Shown piece after piece: positions 48,240 to 57,327 of a DNA stretch of 64,000 nucleotides. Position 1 is the stretch's first letter. Every line of letters starts with the position of its first letter. Where the stretch lies: the sequence record MN101221.1; one strand, 5' to 3'. The DNA is from Klebsiella phage KMI7. The notes under the pieces are model-generated. The model ran no database searches. It was not told the origin of the DNA and saw nothing but the letters and a program-made list of their open reading frames with translations. Position numbers and translations under genes: made by a program.

Positions 48240-48509
48240 TTACTTAATAAGTGATTTTACAACGGTTTCCGCTGCGGTGTCAAGCATATCAGCCATTTCT
48301 TTAACGGTTGTACGCTTCGGATCTTCGCGGCGTTCGCTGGTAAGTTTACGATGTTCCGCAACCACTTTTTCATCAATGTCACGATAGTGTTTAAAACGTT
48401 CCTCTTGAGGCATAGCTTTAAACAGTTCTTTGGTTTCGTCCGAGAGTTTAGCAACCCAGGATTTACGGACGCGGTTCATGTAGTCAACAAAAACATTACT
48501 TTCATTCAT
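48240..48509 (-). CDS. hypothetical protein (89 aa) in the rpbA position downstream of gene 45
   Basis: ORF; no confident similarity recalled. Confidence 0.5.
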   Translation of the reverse strand: MNESNVFVDYMNRVRKSWVAKLSDETKELFKAMPQEERFKHYRDIDEKVVAEHRKLTSERREDPKRTTVKEMADMLDTAAETVVKSLIK

Positions 48510-48564
48510 ATATTTCTTCTCTAACTTAGAATTCTTTGAGTGGGGGCCGAAGCCCCCGCTTGTA

Positions 48565-49536
48565 TTACATGTCTAACAGTTTATCCAGGTCATCATCACC
48601 GGAGCTATCAGAATCATCCAGATCGAACGGTACGCCGTCATCTTCGCCTACCGGAACCGATGCAACACCACCAGATGATTTCACATCAGATGTCTGATTG
48701 TCAAACTTAGCCATTTCGTTATCGAAGTTGCTCAGTTCGCTATCAAGGTCAGCGGAAGCACTGGAACCAGCAGAACCGATCGAACTACCCATAACTTTAT
48801 TGAAGCGAGTAGTCAGGTCAGCCAGCGATTTGAATTCGCTTTCGGCGGTGATCGGGCGGAGATCGCTCATACCTTCGAAAATTGCTTTCTGAACTTCTTC
48901 ATCGTCGATGTTTTTGATCTTAGCCGGAACACCAAACGAGCTATCGTCATAGTTAGGCCAATCACCAACTTTTTTCGCTTTCAGGGTGAAGTTAGCACCA
49001 TCAAACGGACAGGTTACAGCAATACCCGGTTCATCAAGTTCTGGATTACCGTTAATTGCGGCGGTGATCTTGTCCATGATTTTCTTACCGAAGCGATATT
49101 TGAACACCTTACCTTCGTTTTCTGGAGCGCCTGGGTCTTTAACGATCAGGACGTTAGCCCAGAAACTTTGTTTACGACCGATCTGGCTCAGTAGTTTATC
49201 TTCTGGCCCGTTTTTGTTGGCTTTAGCCTTCTCATACAGATCGTTTTCAGAAATGTACTTACATGCAGGACAGCCGTCATAATCGCCGTGGGTAGAGGAA
49301 CAGTTCTCAATGTACCACTGGTTGTTTTTCTTGAAAGAGTGGCTCACGATACGGACGAACGCCAGTTCATCATCGGAACGTGCTGGGAGGAATCGAATAA
49401 CGGCGGAACCGTTTTTCTGTGCGTCCAGGGTCAGTTTCCATTCTTTCTCATCTTTCTGGAAGCCGGAACCACCTTTCAGATTTGCTACCTGTGCCTGGAG
49501 TTTAGCGGGATCTTGACGTTTAAAAATGCTGCTCAT
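48565..49536 (-). CDS. 32: Single-stranded DNA-binding protein gp32
   Basis: Aligns with T4 gp32 (KGFSSEDKGEWKLKLD..AVIRFLP.., [53 protein letters not shown]); acidic C-terminal tail. Confidence 0.95.
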   Translation of the reverse strand: [323 protein letters not shown]

Positions 49537-49551
49537 ATTCTGTTTTCTCGT

Positions 49552-50211
49552 TTAGTTTAGTTTGATTAACGTTTGTTTCATTAAGTTTCGATATTTTATG
49601 ATATCTTTTTCAGTAAGGTCAAATATTTTTCTGTATGCCTTTAACTTAATGCTAAAGTCAGACCAAATAATATCATCAGCTACTTGATCGTGTTTATTTA
49701 TGATACCTAAAAATGAGTCAAAAATCAAAAACGATTCGTAAGATATCACATTTGACAGGACAAGTTTGCTTATGTAGGACGTTGATGATTTTTCGCTGTA
49801 CTTGAACACCAGAGACACGGGGATCTCTTTCATTTTGGCGAATTCGTACACGTTTTTAACGTCATCCACAAACACGTTATCTAGTCTTTGTAATTTTCCT
49901 ATGTACTGCCTGTAAAAGACAATACTATCTTCATCAACATCGCCTACCCAGAAATCCGGATTGGCTACGAAGTTGGAGAGGAATATAAAATAGATTTCTT
50001 TGAATGTAAAGCGTTGAGCTAATTTTACAAAGAAATATCTATCCTTTCGCTTGTTAAAGGCGTTTTCACTAACTTTGATCTGCCAGTTGTATTGAAGGAC
50101 ATCAAAACGCCCCTGGAAATGAGTTTTCATCGCCAGATATAACTTGTATACAGACAAAGGCACAAGCCGTGAATTCGCCTCACTATCAGCAAACGGAGCT
50201 TTAAATCTCAC
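49552..50211 (-). CDS. 59: Helicase loader gp59
   Basis: SVYKLYLAMKTHFQGRFDVLQYNWQIKVSENAFNKRKDRYFF.. colinear with T4 gp59. Confidence 0.92.
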   Translation of the reverse strand: MRFKAPFADSEANSRLVPLSVYKLYLAMKTHFQGRFDVLQYNWQIKVSENAFNKRKDRYFFVKLAQRFTFKEIYFIFLSNFVANPDFWVGDVDEDSIVFYRQYIGKLQRLDNVFVDDVKNVYEFAKMKEIPVSLVFKYSEKSSTSYISKLVLSNVISYESFLIFDSFLGIINKHDQVADDIIWSDFSIKLKAYRKIFDLTEKDIIKYRNLMKQTLIKLN

Positions 50212-50453
50212 ATGAAGCCGTCCAGAGTGGTTGATGAACTATGTTCAAGCGCAACCGATGGGCGAAGCATGTTTCCTTTGATCGCTTCGTCGCTAATCTT
50301 ATCAAGGATCGCGCGAGGAACCGTTTTATTCAGCATCGCATAATCAATGGAATTTTCATCCATCCATTGTAGCGTTGCTTCCATGTAGGTTGCCCCCTCA
50401 GAGGCAACCAGATTTTCGATATACAAACCGACTTCGGTCTTATTTCCGATCAT
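50208..50453 (-). CDS. 33: Late transcription co-activator gp33
   Basis: C-terminus YMEATLQWMDENSI...ILDKISDEAIKGNMLRPSV aligns with T4 gp33 (YLEATTAFLEENSI...IIEKIQSEAIDENLLRPSV). Confidence 0.85.
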   Translation of the reverse strand: MIGNKTEVGLYIENLVASEGATYMEATLQWMDENSIDYAMLNKTVPRAILDKISDEAIKGNMLRPSVALEHSSSTTLDGFM

Positions 50454-50456
50454 GCT

Positions 50457-50720
50457 TTACGCCTTATCGATCATATCATACAGTTCGATCAGTTCGTTGT
50501 TTTCTTCTTCGAAAGCGGTACGGGCCTGTTCGTGATACAGTTTGAACAGTTTCCCGAAGGTTTTTCCGTCGATACCGAAATCAGTTTTTGCTTTGGATTT
50601 GATATCCTTGAAAGTACCGTTGAAGATCTCAACTTGAGTTTTCACGTTGGATGCTTCTTTGATCAGTTCTTTTACCTGTTTTGCTACATCAGGGTTTGTT
50701 TGTAAAAATTCTACACTCAT
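50457..50720 (-). CDS. dsbA: dsDNA-binding protein DsbA
   Basis: Position between rnh and 33 and similarity to T4 DsbA (KAKTDFGIDGKTFGKLFKLYHEQ.. / ELIELYDMIDKA). Confidence 0.75.
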   Translation of the reverse strand: MSVEFLQTNPDVAKQVKELIKEASNVKTQVEIFNGTFKDIKSKAKTDFGIDGKTFGKLFKLYHEQARTAFEEENNELIELYDMIDKA

Positions 50721-50729
50721 TTTGTTACC

Positions 50730-51665
50730 TCAAAAATCACTTAGTTTTTCGAACATACGGGAAAGTTTGTTATCCATGAAGTAACGTTCCATTTTGGCTT
50801 TACTTCCGGATTTTGGAGTATTATACGCTTCAATAATCGAATTTTCAATATCTTTTGGTATAAATTCGAAATCACGTAGTTCCTCGTTTTCTTTGTAACG
50901 TGCGGCCCATTCAGGGGTCATCAACGTTGTCGGGTCGTCTGCCTCTAGCCATGCCTCTAACTCAGAGGATTTTACCGCTGGGGCGCGTTCACCTTCAACT
51001 TTCGTCACAATATAATCATTTCTGATTTTAATGCAAGCGATACTATCTTTTTTATCGCCTTTGATATTTTTGTATCGCAGATCGTTACGTGGTGAACCGT
51101 ACTTAGGCGTTACCCATTTTTTCTGGGGAGGCGACCATTGACGAACACCGTTATATTTTTGTAGTTGTGTAAAGTCGCTATCAGCGGAAACCACTAATAC
51201 TCGTCTACCTTCACCAACAGCCTTTTTCGTAACAACAGCAATTATATCATCAGCTTCCGCGAATTCAACCTTTAATCCGAGATAAGGCATATTCTGACGG
51301 ATTTCTTCGAACACCGGATTCAGGAAGTTGTTCAGACGATCCCAATCCCATTCTGATTCTTCGTGTTCGATCTGACGACGTTTTTTGTAGTACCAGGCTT
51401 TTTGCCTACGCCAGTAATTTCTGTCATCGAAGGCAATCACGATTTCTGGATACTCGCCTTTAAATTTTACAACGTTAAACCTTAAAGTGTCAAGCACCAG
51501 ATGACGAATCATTTCGATCGTGATGGATGCTTGTTCCTTTGGTTTGAAGTTATTCATCAGTGTAGCGATGGAAATGTTAGAGATATCGATGACCATAGTA
51601 TCATCGGGTTCCCCTTCATCTTGCATCAGCTTGTTCAAGTTAAACATGCTTGCAAAGCTGCTCAT
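50730..51665 (-). CDS. rnh: RNase H / 5'-3' flap exonuclease
   Basis: Aligns with T4 RNase H (WDW, ADD.IAV, GDKKD, RVEGER.P, RYKEN..L.DF motifs). Confidence 0.92.
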   Translation of the reverse strand: MSSFASMFNLNKLMQDEGEPDDTMVIDISNISIATLMNNFKPKEQASITIEMIRHLVLDTLRFNVVKFKGEYPEIVIAFDDRNYWRRQKAWYYKKRRQIEHEESEWDWDRLNNFLNPVFEEIRQNMPYLGLKVEFAEADDIIAVVTKKAVGEGRRVLVVSADSDFTQLQKYNGVRQWSPPQKKWVTPKYGSPRNDLRYKNIKGDKKDSIACIKIRNDYIVTKVEGERAPAVKSSELEAWLEADDPTTLMTPEWAARYKENEELRDFEFIPKDIENSIIEAYNTPKSGSKAKMERYFMDNKLSRMFEKLSDF

Positions 51666-51969
51666 ACATACCTCAATTTTTCAAAGAACGGGGTTATTGT
51701 AGTAACTTACGAAATGAAGTCAATACAAAAGATCATAAAATTTTTGATCAATAATACTTGATTTGATCAAATTTATGATCTATAATTTATTAATTAATAA
51801 TTATTTTACTACAATGATCATTGTAGGTCAAGTACTAAAATCAATAAATTTTATATAATTTAGATCTGATCTATAGATCATTAGATCTACTTTAACCTTA
51901 AATAATATAGAATGAAATTTGATTTTGTCTACAGTTATTATATAATATTCTTAACTTCAAAGAGGAAAT
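51666..51969. promoter_or_regulatory. 300-bp AT-rich divergent intergenic region with nine GATC sites and three perfect 12-bp GATC-centred palindromes
   Basis: ATTTGATCAAAT (51762-51773), CAATGATCATTG (51811-51822), GATCTATAGATC (51866-51877) seen directly. Confidence 0.6.
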
Positions 51970-52497
51970 ATGAATACTATGACTAAAGAAACAACCAATA
52001 TCTACGCAGACAATGAAAAATTATACCCTATCCTCTGTGCATGGAAAAAGCAAATCGCCGAAACAGGTGATCGCAAAATGCCTAATGAGTTGGGGGCTGC
52101 TATTATGGATATTGCAAACGGGCTATCACGTCGTTACAACTTCAACCGTTATTCCGAAGATTGGAAAATGGATATGATTGATGACGGAATTTCCGCTGCA
52201 ATCTCAGGACTGCATAACTTCGATGAAACTCGTTATACCAACGTTTACGGTTACATTAACAAAGCATGTTGGCAAGCATTCGTAACACGTATTCTGTACG
52301 AGAAAAAAGAGAACGCGAAGAAATATAAATTCTTCCTTGAGCACGTTTACGACTGCGAAGATTCAGATATGGTTAGTATTGCAGACGAAGGTTTCATTCA
52401 AGATCTACATGACAAACTATCTCAGTACGAGGCTTCCGCCACCAAAACCAAAGACAAGGAAGCGGAAGTATTCCCAACATTGGAAGATTTTCTATGA
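51970..52497 (+). CDS. 55: Late-promoter sigma factor gp55
   Basis: Aligns with T4 gp55 (GLHNFDETRYTNVYGYINKACWQAFV.., DMVSIADEGFIQDLHDK). Confidence 0.92.
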   Translation: MNTMTKETTNIYADNEKLYPILCAWKKQIAETGDRKMPNELGAAIMDIANGLSRRYNFNRYSEDWKMDMIDDGISAAISGLHNFDETRYTNVYGYINKACWQAFVTRILYEKKENAKKYKFFLEHVYDCEDSDMVSIADEGFIQDLHDKLSQYEASATKTKDKEAEVFPTLEDFL

Positions 52498-52709
52498 AAG
52501 CAATAATTGACTTAAACAAAATATTAACTGATATCGATTACGAAATTGACTTGCTACCCTACTTCGTAAAATTAGAGTTGCAAAACGTGGGAATCCCGGT
52601 TATCATCGATCCAACTGACGTAAGAAACCCCGATTTCGAAGTAGAAGAAGGGGTTTTGTCTTATATGATAAACGCCGAAACTATGATCATGGAGATCACT
52701 TATGATTGA
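52494..52709 (+). CDS. hypothetical protein (71 aa)
   Basis: ORF, ATGA coupling. Confidence 0.45.
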   Translation: MKAIIDLNKILTDIDYEIDLLPYFVKLELQNVGIPVIIDPTDVRNPDFEVEEGVLSYMINAETMIMEITYD

Positions 52710-53028
52710 TGAAGAGAAAGAAGTACTAACCAGTGTGGAAGAAGTGGATCCAGAAGAGGAAATTCAACAAAAGATCCAGGCACGTGTAGAAGCCGACGCA
52801 TTGAAGCGAGCACAAAAATTCATTAAGAAGAACCGGACTGAGATCAAACGCCTCCGTAGACACGCAGAGGAAGCCCTATTCAGGGGTAATAAAGTTCAGT
52901 ATGTGTATGCGGTTAAGAAACTTCGTGATATGCTCAAACAGCCGTATACAGAGGATTTCATTGATACGATGTGGAACACTTCACTAGCATCAATTCGAAA
53001 TATCGTAGCTTCACAACAGAAGCAATAA
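52702..53028 (+). CDS. hypothetical protein (108 aa)
   Basis: ORF. Confidence 0.5.
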   Translation: MIDEEKEVLTSVEEVDPEEEIQQKIQARVEADALKRAQKFIKKNRTEIKRLRRHAEEALFRGNKVQYVYAVKKLRDMLKQPYTEDFIDTMWNTSLASIRNIVASQQKQ

Positions 53029-53064
53029 CAAACAAGTAGCCCCGAAAGGGGCTATGAGGGTCTT

Positions 53065-54111
53065 ATGAGAAAGTACTTAATGATCGGGGATACTCACGCT
53101 GGCTTGCGTCAGGACAACCCCTGGAATGAAGAAAACCTATACAATGTATTCGTACAAATCGTAGAACACTGCAAAGCAAACGGCATTACCGAGGCTTTCC
53201 ATGCTGGTGATTTCTTTGATGTGCGCAAGGCCACCACACAAACCACGATGAAATTCATTCGTGAACGTATTGTGCCACTACTGGAAGAAGCCGGATTACA
53301 TATCTATGTTCTGGTTGGGAACCACGATTGCCAGTTTAAAGACAAGATCCGCCCTAACTCACCGCGAGAGATTCTTGATCAGTATGATTGCTTCACGGTT
53401 GTTGATGAACCGATGACAGTAAATCTTGATACTTCTCCGCTGCAATCAATAGATTTGATCCCGTGGATTTGTCAAGAAAACACACAACAGATTTTTGATT
53501 TCATCAAAAAGTCAAAATCTCAATACTGCTTAGGACACTTTGAACTGTCCGGATACTATTTCTATAAGAACAGTAAAGCGGATCATGGGCTTGAACCTGA
53601 TTTCTTAAAGAAATATGATATCGTGTATTCAGGCCACTATCATCACGCTAACGAAGGCGCTAACGTTTTCTATATCGGTACACCTCTTACCATGAGTGCG
53701 AACGATGAGGACGAAACCAGGGGCTTCTATGAGCTATCTTATGGCGACGGTAAACGTGAATTAACTTTCATTGCTAACCCAGTATGCCACCATCGCCGGA
53801 TCACCTATCCGGATCAAAAAGATGTTGATGTTGCAGATTACAAAAATTGCTCTGTTCGCTTGATTGTACGCGAAGTTGATAACGATTTGCCTAAGTTTCA
53901 AACAAAACTGGAAGAAACAGTTTATGAGTTGAACATTGTCGATCGCGTGATCACTGATTCAGAAGTCGATACTGATTTTGAAATCAAAAGTGTATCTGGA
54001 TTGATTAGTGAGTACATCAACAACATGCAGATCACTCCAGAAGAAAAGACCGAAGTATCTGCAATAATGAGTGCATTGTATGCAGAGGTTACGAGCAATG
54101 GAAATAGTTGA
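53065..54111 (+). CDS. 47: Recombination endonuclease subunit gp47 (Mre11/SbcD-like phosphoesterase)
   Basis: GDTHAG, HAGDFFD, GNHD, GHxH phosphoesterase motifs; size as T4 gp47. Confidence 0.9.
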   Translation: MRKYLMIGDTHAGLRQDNPWNEENLYNVFVQIVEHCKANGITEAFHAGDFFDVRKATTQTTMKFIRERIVPLLEEAGLHIYVLVGNHDCQFKDKIRPNSPREILDQYDCFTVVDEPMTVNLDTSPLQSIDLIPWICQENTQQIFDFIKKSKSQYCLGHFELSGYYFYKNSKADHGLEPDFLKKYDIVYSGHYHHANEGANVFYIGTPLTMSANDEDETRGFYELSYGDGKRELTFIANPVCHHRRITYPDQKDVDVADYKNCSVRLIVREVDNDLPKFQTKLEETVYELNIVDRVITDSEVDTDFEIKSVSGLISEYINNMQITPEEKTEVSAIMSALYAEVTSNGNS

Positions 54112-54385
54112 TTACGTTAATATTTTAAACGAAGAAGGGCGATATAAAGCCCTTTATAAAATGTTTGGATTTGATGTGATTGTTGCAGTACAGCAGGATT
54201 CCTATAATGAGTATGTGTCATTGGGGTTCACTCTGATTAAAGATAACTATCACGAAACAAAGGTTTGGACATTTACTGTCCTGAATAGCATGGATGAAGA
54301 TTCCGTGATATACTGCTTTGATAGCACGATTACAAACATGATTAGTGATATATCCCAAAGGATAATTGATGAAACTCAAATTTAA
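54098..54385 (+). CDS. hypothetical protein (95 aa) between 47 and 46
   Basis: ORF overlapping both neighbours by 14-17 nt. Confidence 0.45.
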   Translation: MEIVDYVNILNEEGRYKALYKMFGFDVIVAVQQDSYNEYVSLGFTLIKDNYHETKVWTFTVLNSMDEDSVIYCFDSTITNMISDISQRIIDETQI

Positions 54386-56060
54386 AACATTGACTTATCA
54401 AAATATCTTGTCGGTTGGTAACGTACCGATCGTCATTGATTTTGATTCAGCAAAGAAAACCCTCATTACGGGTAAAAACGGCGGTGGTAAATCCACCATG
54501 ATCGAAGCGCTTACATATGCTCTCTTTGGTAAGTCATTTCGCGATCTGAAAGTCGGACAACTGGTGAACAGTATCAACAAGAAAAAATGTCTGGTTGAAC
54601 TGTTGATCGAATACGGTAATGATGAATATAAAATCATCCGTGGACAAAAGCCGAAAGTATTTGAGATCTGGAAGAATGGCGAAAAACTGCCGGAAGATTC
54701 AGCCGCTGGTGATTATCAGTCACAGCTTGAATCAATGTTGAATATTAATCTGGTGGGCTTTAAACAGGTTATCGTTCTGGGTACTGCTGGTTATGTACCT
54801 TTCATGGAACTGAAAACACCAGATCGCCGTAAACTGGTTGAAGATTTGTTGTCTTTGTCTATCATCAGTGAAATGGACAAACTGAACAAATCATACATCC
54901 GTGGTGTTAACCGCGAACTGGATACGCTTTCAATGCAGATTGGACACGTACAACAGCAGATCGCAACACATCAAAAGTTCATTGACGAACAACGGGCAAA
55001 AGCAAATCAGAATACGGCGCGTTACCAGGATATCTACGATTCCCACGTAGAAACAGCAAAACAGATTAAAGCGCAATTAGTTGAACTTCAAACCCAGATC
55101 GCAGAATGTGTGATCAATGGTGAAGACCAAACAGCAAATATTCAAAAACTGCGTGATGGCTATACACGCCTCTCAATGAACGTAGAACAGTTGCAGCGTC
55201 TTGAGGTGATGTATCGCAAGGGTGGTGAATGTCCGGCCTGTAAACAGCCAATTAGCCCCACTCCTGAACGCATGGAAGAGATTGCCGAGAATATTAAAAA
55301 CGGTACTCAGAAACTTACGCTGATTAAGAACAAGCAAGATCAGCTACAGAAAATCATGGATGATTTACTAACACAACAACGTACACTAAATGGGCTGAAA
55401 TCCAAATACGAATCACTACGCGGTACACTTCAAAACGAAGTTGCAGCGGCTAAACGTGTTCGGGCTGTCATGGATAAAGCACAGGAAGACGTGGTGATCG
55501 ACGAATCCCCAGTTGAAAAACTCCGTGAAGATGAAAAGGAACTTGATTCTAAACGTTCTGGATTTGTCAAGGAAAAATATTTCAGAGGTATTGTTACGGA
55601 TCTGCTGAAAGATTCCGGCGTTAAAGCGAGCATCGTTAAACGTTATATTCCTTACTTCAATAAACAGATTGCGTACTATCTGGATCTGTTGGGTGCTGAT
55701 TATCAGTTCACTCTGGATGATGAATTTAACGAATCGATTAAATCGCTGGGTCGTAATGATTTTAGTTACGCATCGTTCAGTCAAGGAGAAAGAGCACGTA
55801 TCAACCTTGCTTTACTTTTCACCTGGCGCGATGTAACCAGTAAAATTTCTGGTGTTGATTTATCCCTTCTGATCCTGGATGAAGTGTACGATGGTGCAAT
55901 TGATCGTGATGGTAGTTTTGCTGTAAAAGCACTATTGGATGGGATAAATGGTAACGTAATTGTTATCAGTCATCAGGATTTGGATCCGGAAGATTTCGAC
56001 CGACATATTGTTATGTCAAAAGTCGGTCGATTCTCTAAAATGGAAGTTAAGAAGTCTTAA
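54369..56060 (+). CDS. 46: Recombination endonuclease subunit gp46 (Rad50/SbcC-like ATPase)
   Basis: GKNGGGKSTMIEA Walker A, coiled-coil middle with CPxC zinc hook, C-terminal signature and D-loop; colinear with T4 gp46. Confidence 0.92.
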   Translation: MKLKFKTLTYQNILSVGNVPIVIDFDSAKKTLITGKNGGGKSTMIEALTYALFGKSFRDLKVGQLVNSINKKKCLVELLIEYGNDEYKIIRGQKPKVFEIWKNGEKLPEDSAAGDYQSQLESMLNINLVGFKQVIVLGTAGYVPFMELKTPDRRKLVEDLLSLSIISEMDKLNKSYIRGVNRELDTLSMQIGHVQQQIATHQKFIDEQRAKANQNTARYQDIYDSHVETAKQIKAQLVELQTQIAECVINGEDQTANIQKLRDGYTRLSMNVEQLQRLEVMYRKGGECPACKQPISPTPERMEEIAENIKNGTQKLTLIKNKQDQLQKIMDDLLTQQRTLNGLKSKYESLRGTLQNEVAAAKRVRAVMDKAQEDVVIDESPVEKLREDEKELDSKRSGFVKEKYFRGIVTDLLKDSGVKASIVKRYIPYFNKQIAYYLDLLGADYQFTLDDEFNESIKSLGRNDFSYASFSQGERARINLALLFTWRDVTSKISGVDLSLLILDEVYDGAIDRDGSFAVKALLDGINGNVIVISHQDLDPEDFDRHIVMSKVGRFSKMEVKKS

Positions 56061-56772
56061 ACTTGCAGTTATCAAAATGCCAGCGATTCATATTGCTGGC
56101 ATCACCAGATTTATTGCAATATGGACAAATCAACTGCTTCCTTTTTGCTGGCGTCTTTCTATTTGGGTTATTTCTGCAATACGGTATATGTGAACGCAGA
56201 TAATGTAATGACGATTCTGTTCCGCAATATGGACAATTGCCCCGTTCTTTAGGTACGTTTCCGTTCTTATGGGAACACGGGATACCCTCGAACTTATGTT
56301 TCAACCCTTCATTACCTGGTTTCAGTTTGCAGTTGTCGAAGTGCCAACGAGTCATATTTCCAATTATACCTGATTTTCCGCAATGAGGACACACAACCCT
56401 TTCTTGTTGCTTTTTGGCTTTACTCATTCGCTGTCTGGTTTCTTCGGTGAACTCTCTATTCCTATGTGCTTCTGACGCTTTTTTCTTTAACCATTCATAG
56501 CGGCGGTTAGCTGTTCTTTCCTTTGATCTATTGGAACCAACTGTTAACATATGCGCTGCAAAAACAAGTTTGTTATTTCCTGGGTACATCTTGACTAATA
56601 ACAGATGCGCAATATAATGTTGACGCGCTGTAAGATTAACCAAATTATCATCAGAATCTGTTCCACCTATGCACTTAGGTATGATATGGTGTGATTCTGT
56701 ATATCCATCATACTGCGTTTGTTTAGCATGTTCTATGATAGAGTTATAAATTTTGTTATAGTTCATAAACAT
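56047..56772 (-). mobile_element. Free-standing HNH homing endonuclease (Mob-like) with three C-terminal CPxCG...RWHFDNCK zinc-finger repeats
   Basis: HHIIPKCIGGTDSDDNLVNLTARQHYIAH HNH motif; 3' end overlaps gene 46 stop convergently by 14 nt. Confidence 0.8.
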
Positions 56773-56822
56773 ATCTCTTGTTTGATGGGCCGTTAGATAC
56801 CCCTATTTAAGAGGATGAAATT

Positions 56823-57017
56823 ATGTTATTAGAAAAATCTTTTGAATTAGAAACCGCTCTGGAAATAGAGCGGTTTTATCTCCACAACAATTTTCTTGAA
56901 GAAAAACATATAGTTACTATGAAAGATGTTGAGGAAGCATTCAAAAATAATCCTATAGAGTTGACGCGAATCAAGAACAACAAAAGTTCTGTTTGGTTCC
57001 TCGAAAAAATCTATTGA
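56823..57017 (+). CDS. hypothetical protein (64 aa)
   Basis: ORF with AAGAGGA RBS; terminator hairpin follows. Confidence 0.5.
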   Translation: MLLEKSFELETALEIERFYLHNNFLEEKHIVTMKDVEEAFKNNPIELTRIKNNKSSVWFLEKIY

Positions 57018-57042
57018 CCGAAATCCATAAATACAGTAAAGT

Positions 57043-57075
57043 AGCCCATGTAACGAAACGTGGGCTTTGTTTTTA
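57043..57075 (+). terminator. rho-independent terminator (AGCCCAUG...CGUGGGCU + U-rich)
   Basis: Hairpin followed by TTGTTTTTATTT. Confidence 0.6.
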
Positions 57076-57090
57076 TTTGAGGAACAATAA

Positions 57091-57327
57091 ATGATCACCG
57101 AATCCAAAATGACTTATCAGGAAGCACTGAAAGTTTTGGGCGCAACTGGTAGCGAAACCAGCGCCGAAATGTCCAGACTCTTCAAACGTGCATCCTTACG
57201 CAATCACCCCGACCGTGGTGGTAGCAATGAATTAATGCAGAAAATTAACCAGGCTTACGACGTCGTTACAAAAACTGGGCCTAGTGGCGCACGTTCTGAG
57301 ACTGCTGGTGACGTTCGCGCACGTTAG
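57091..57327 (+). CDS. J-domain (DnaJ-like) protein, 78 aa
   Basis: YQEALKVLG...LFKRASLRNHPDRGGSNELMQKINQAYDVV with invariant HPD tripeptide; GAGGA RBS. Confidence 0.8.
   Translation: MITESKMTYQEALKVLGATGSETSAEMSRLFKRASLRNHPDRGGSNELMQKINQAYDVVTKTGPSGARSETAGDVRAR

Noticed and set aside
51666-51969. Looked for tRNA genes or a small RNA in the only sizeable non-coding gap (and in 56773-56822, 57018-57090)
   Set aside because: Sequence is about 78% AT with no GC-rich acceptor/anticodon stem candidates. No cloverleaf-compatible segment found by eye.
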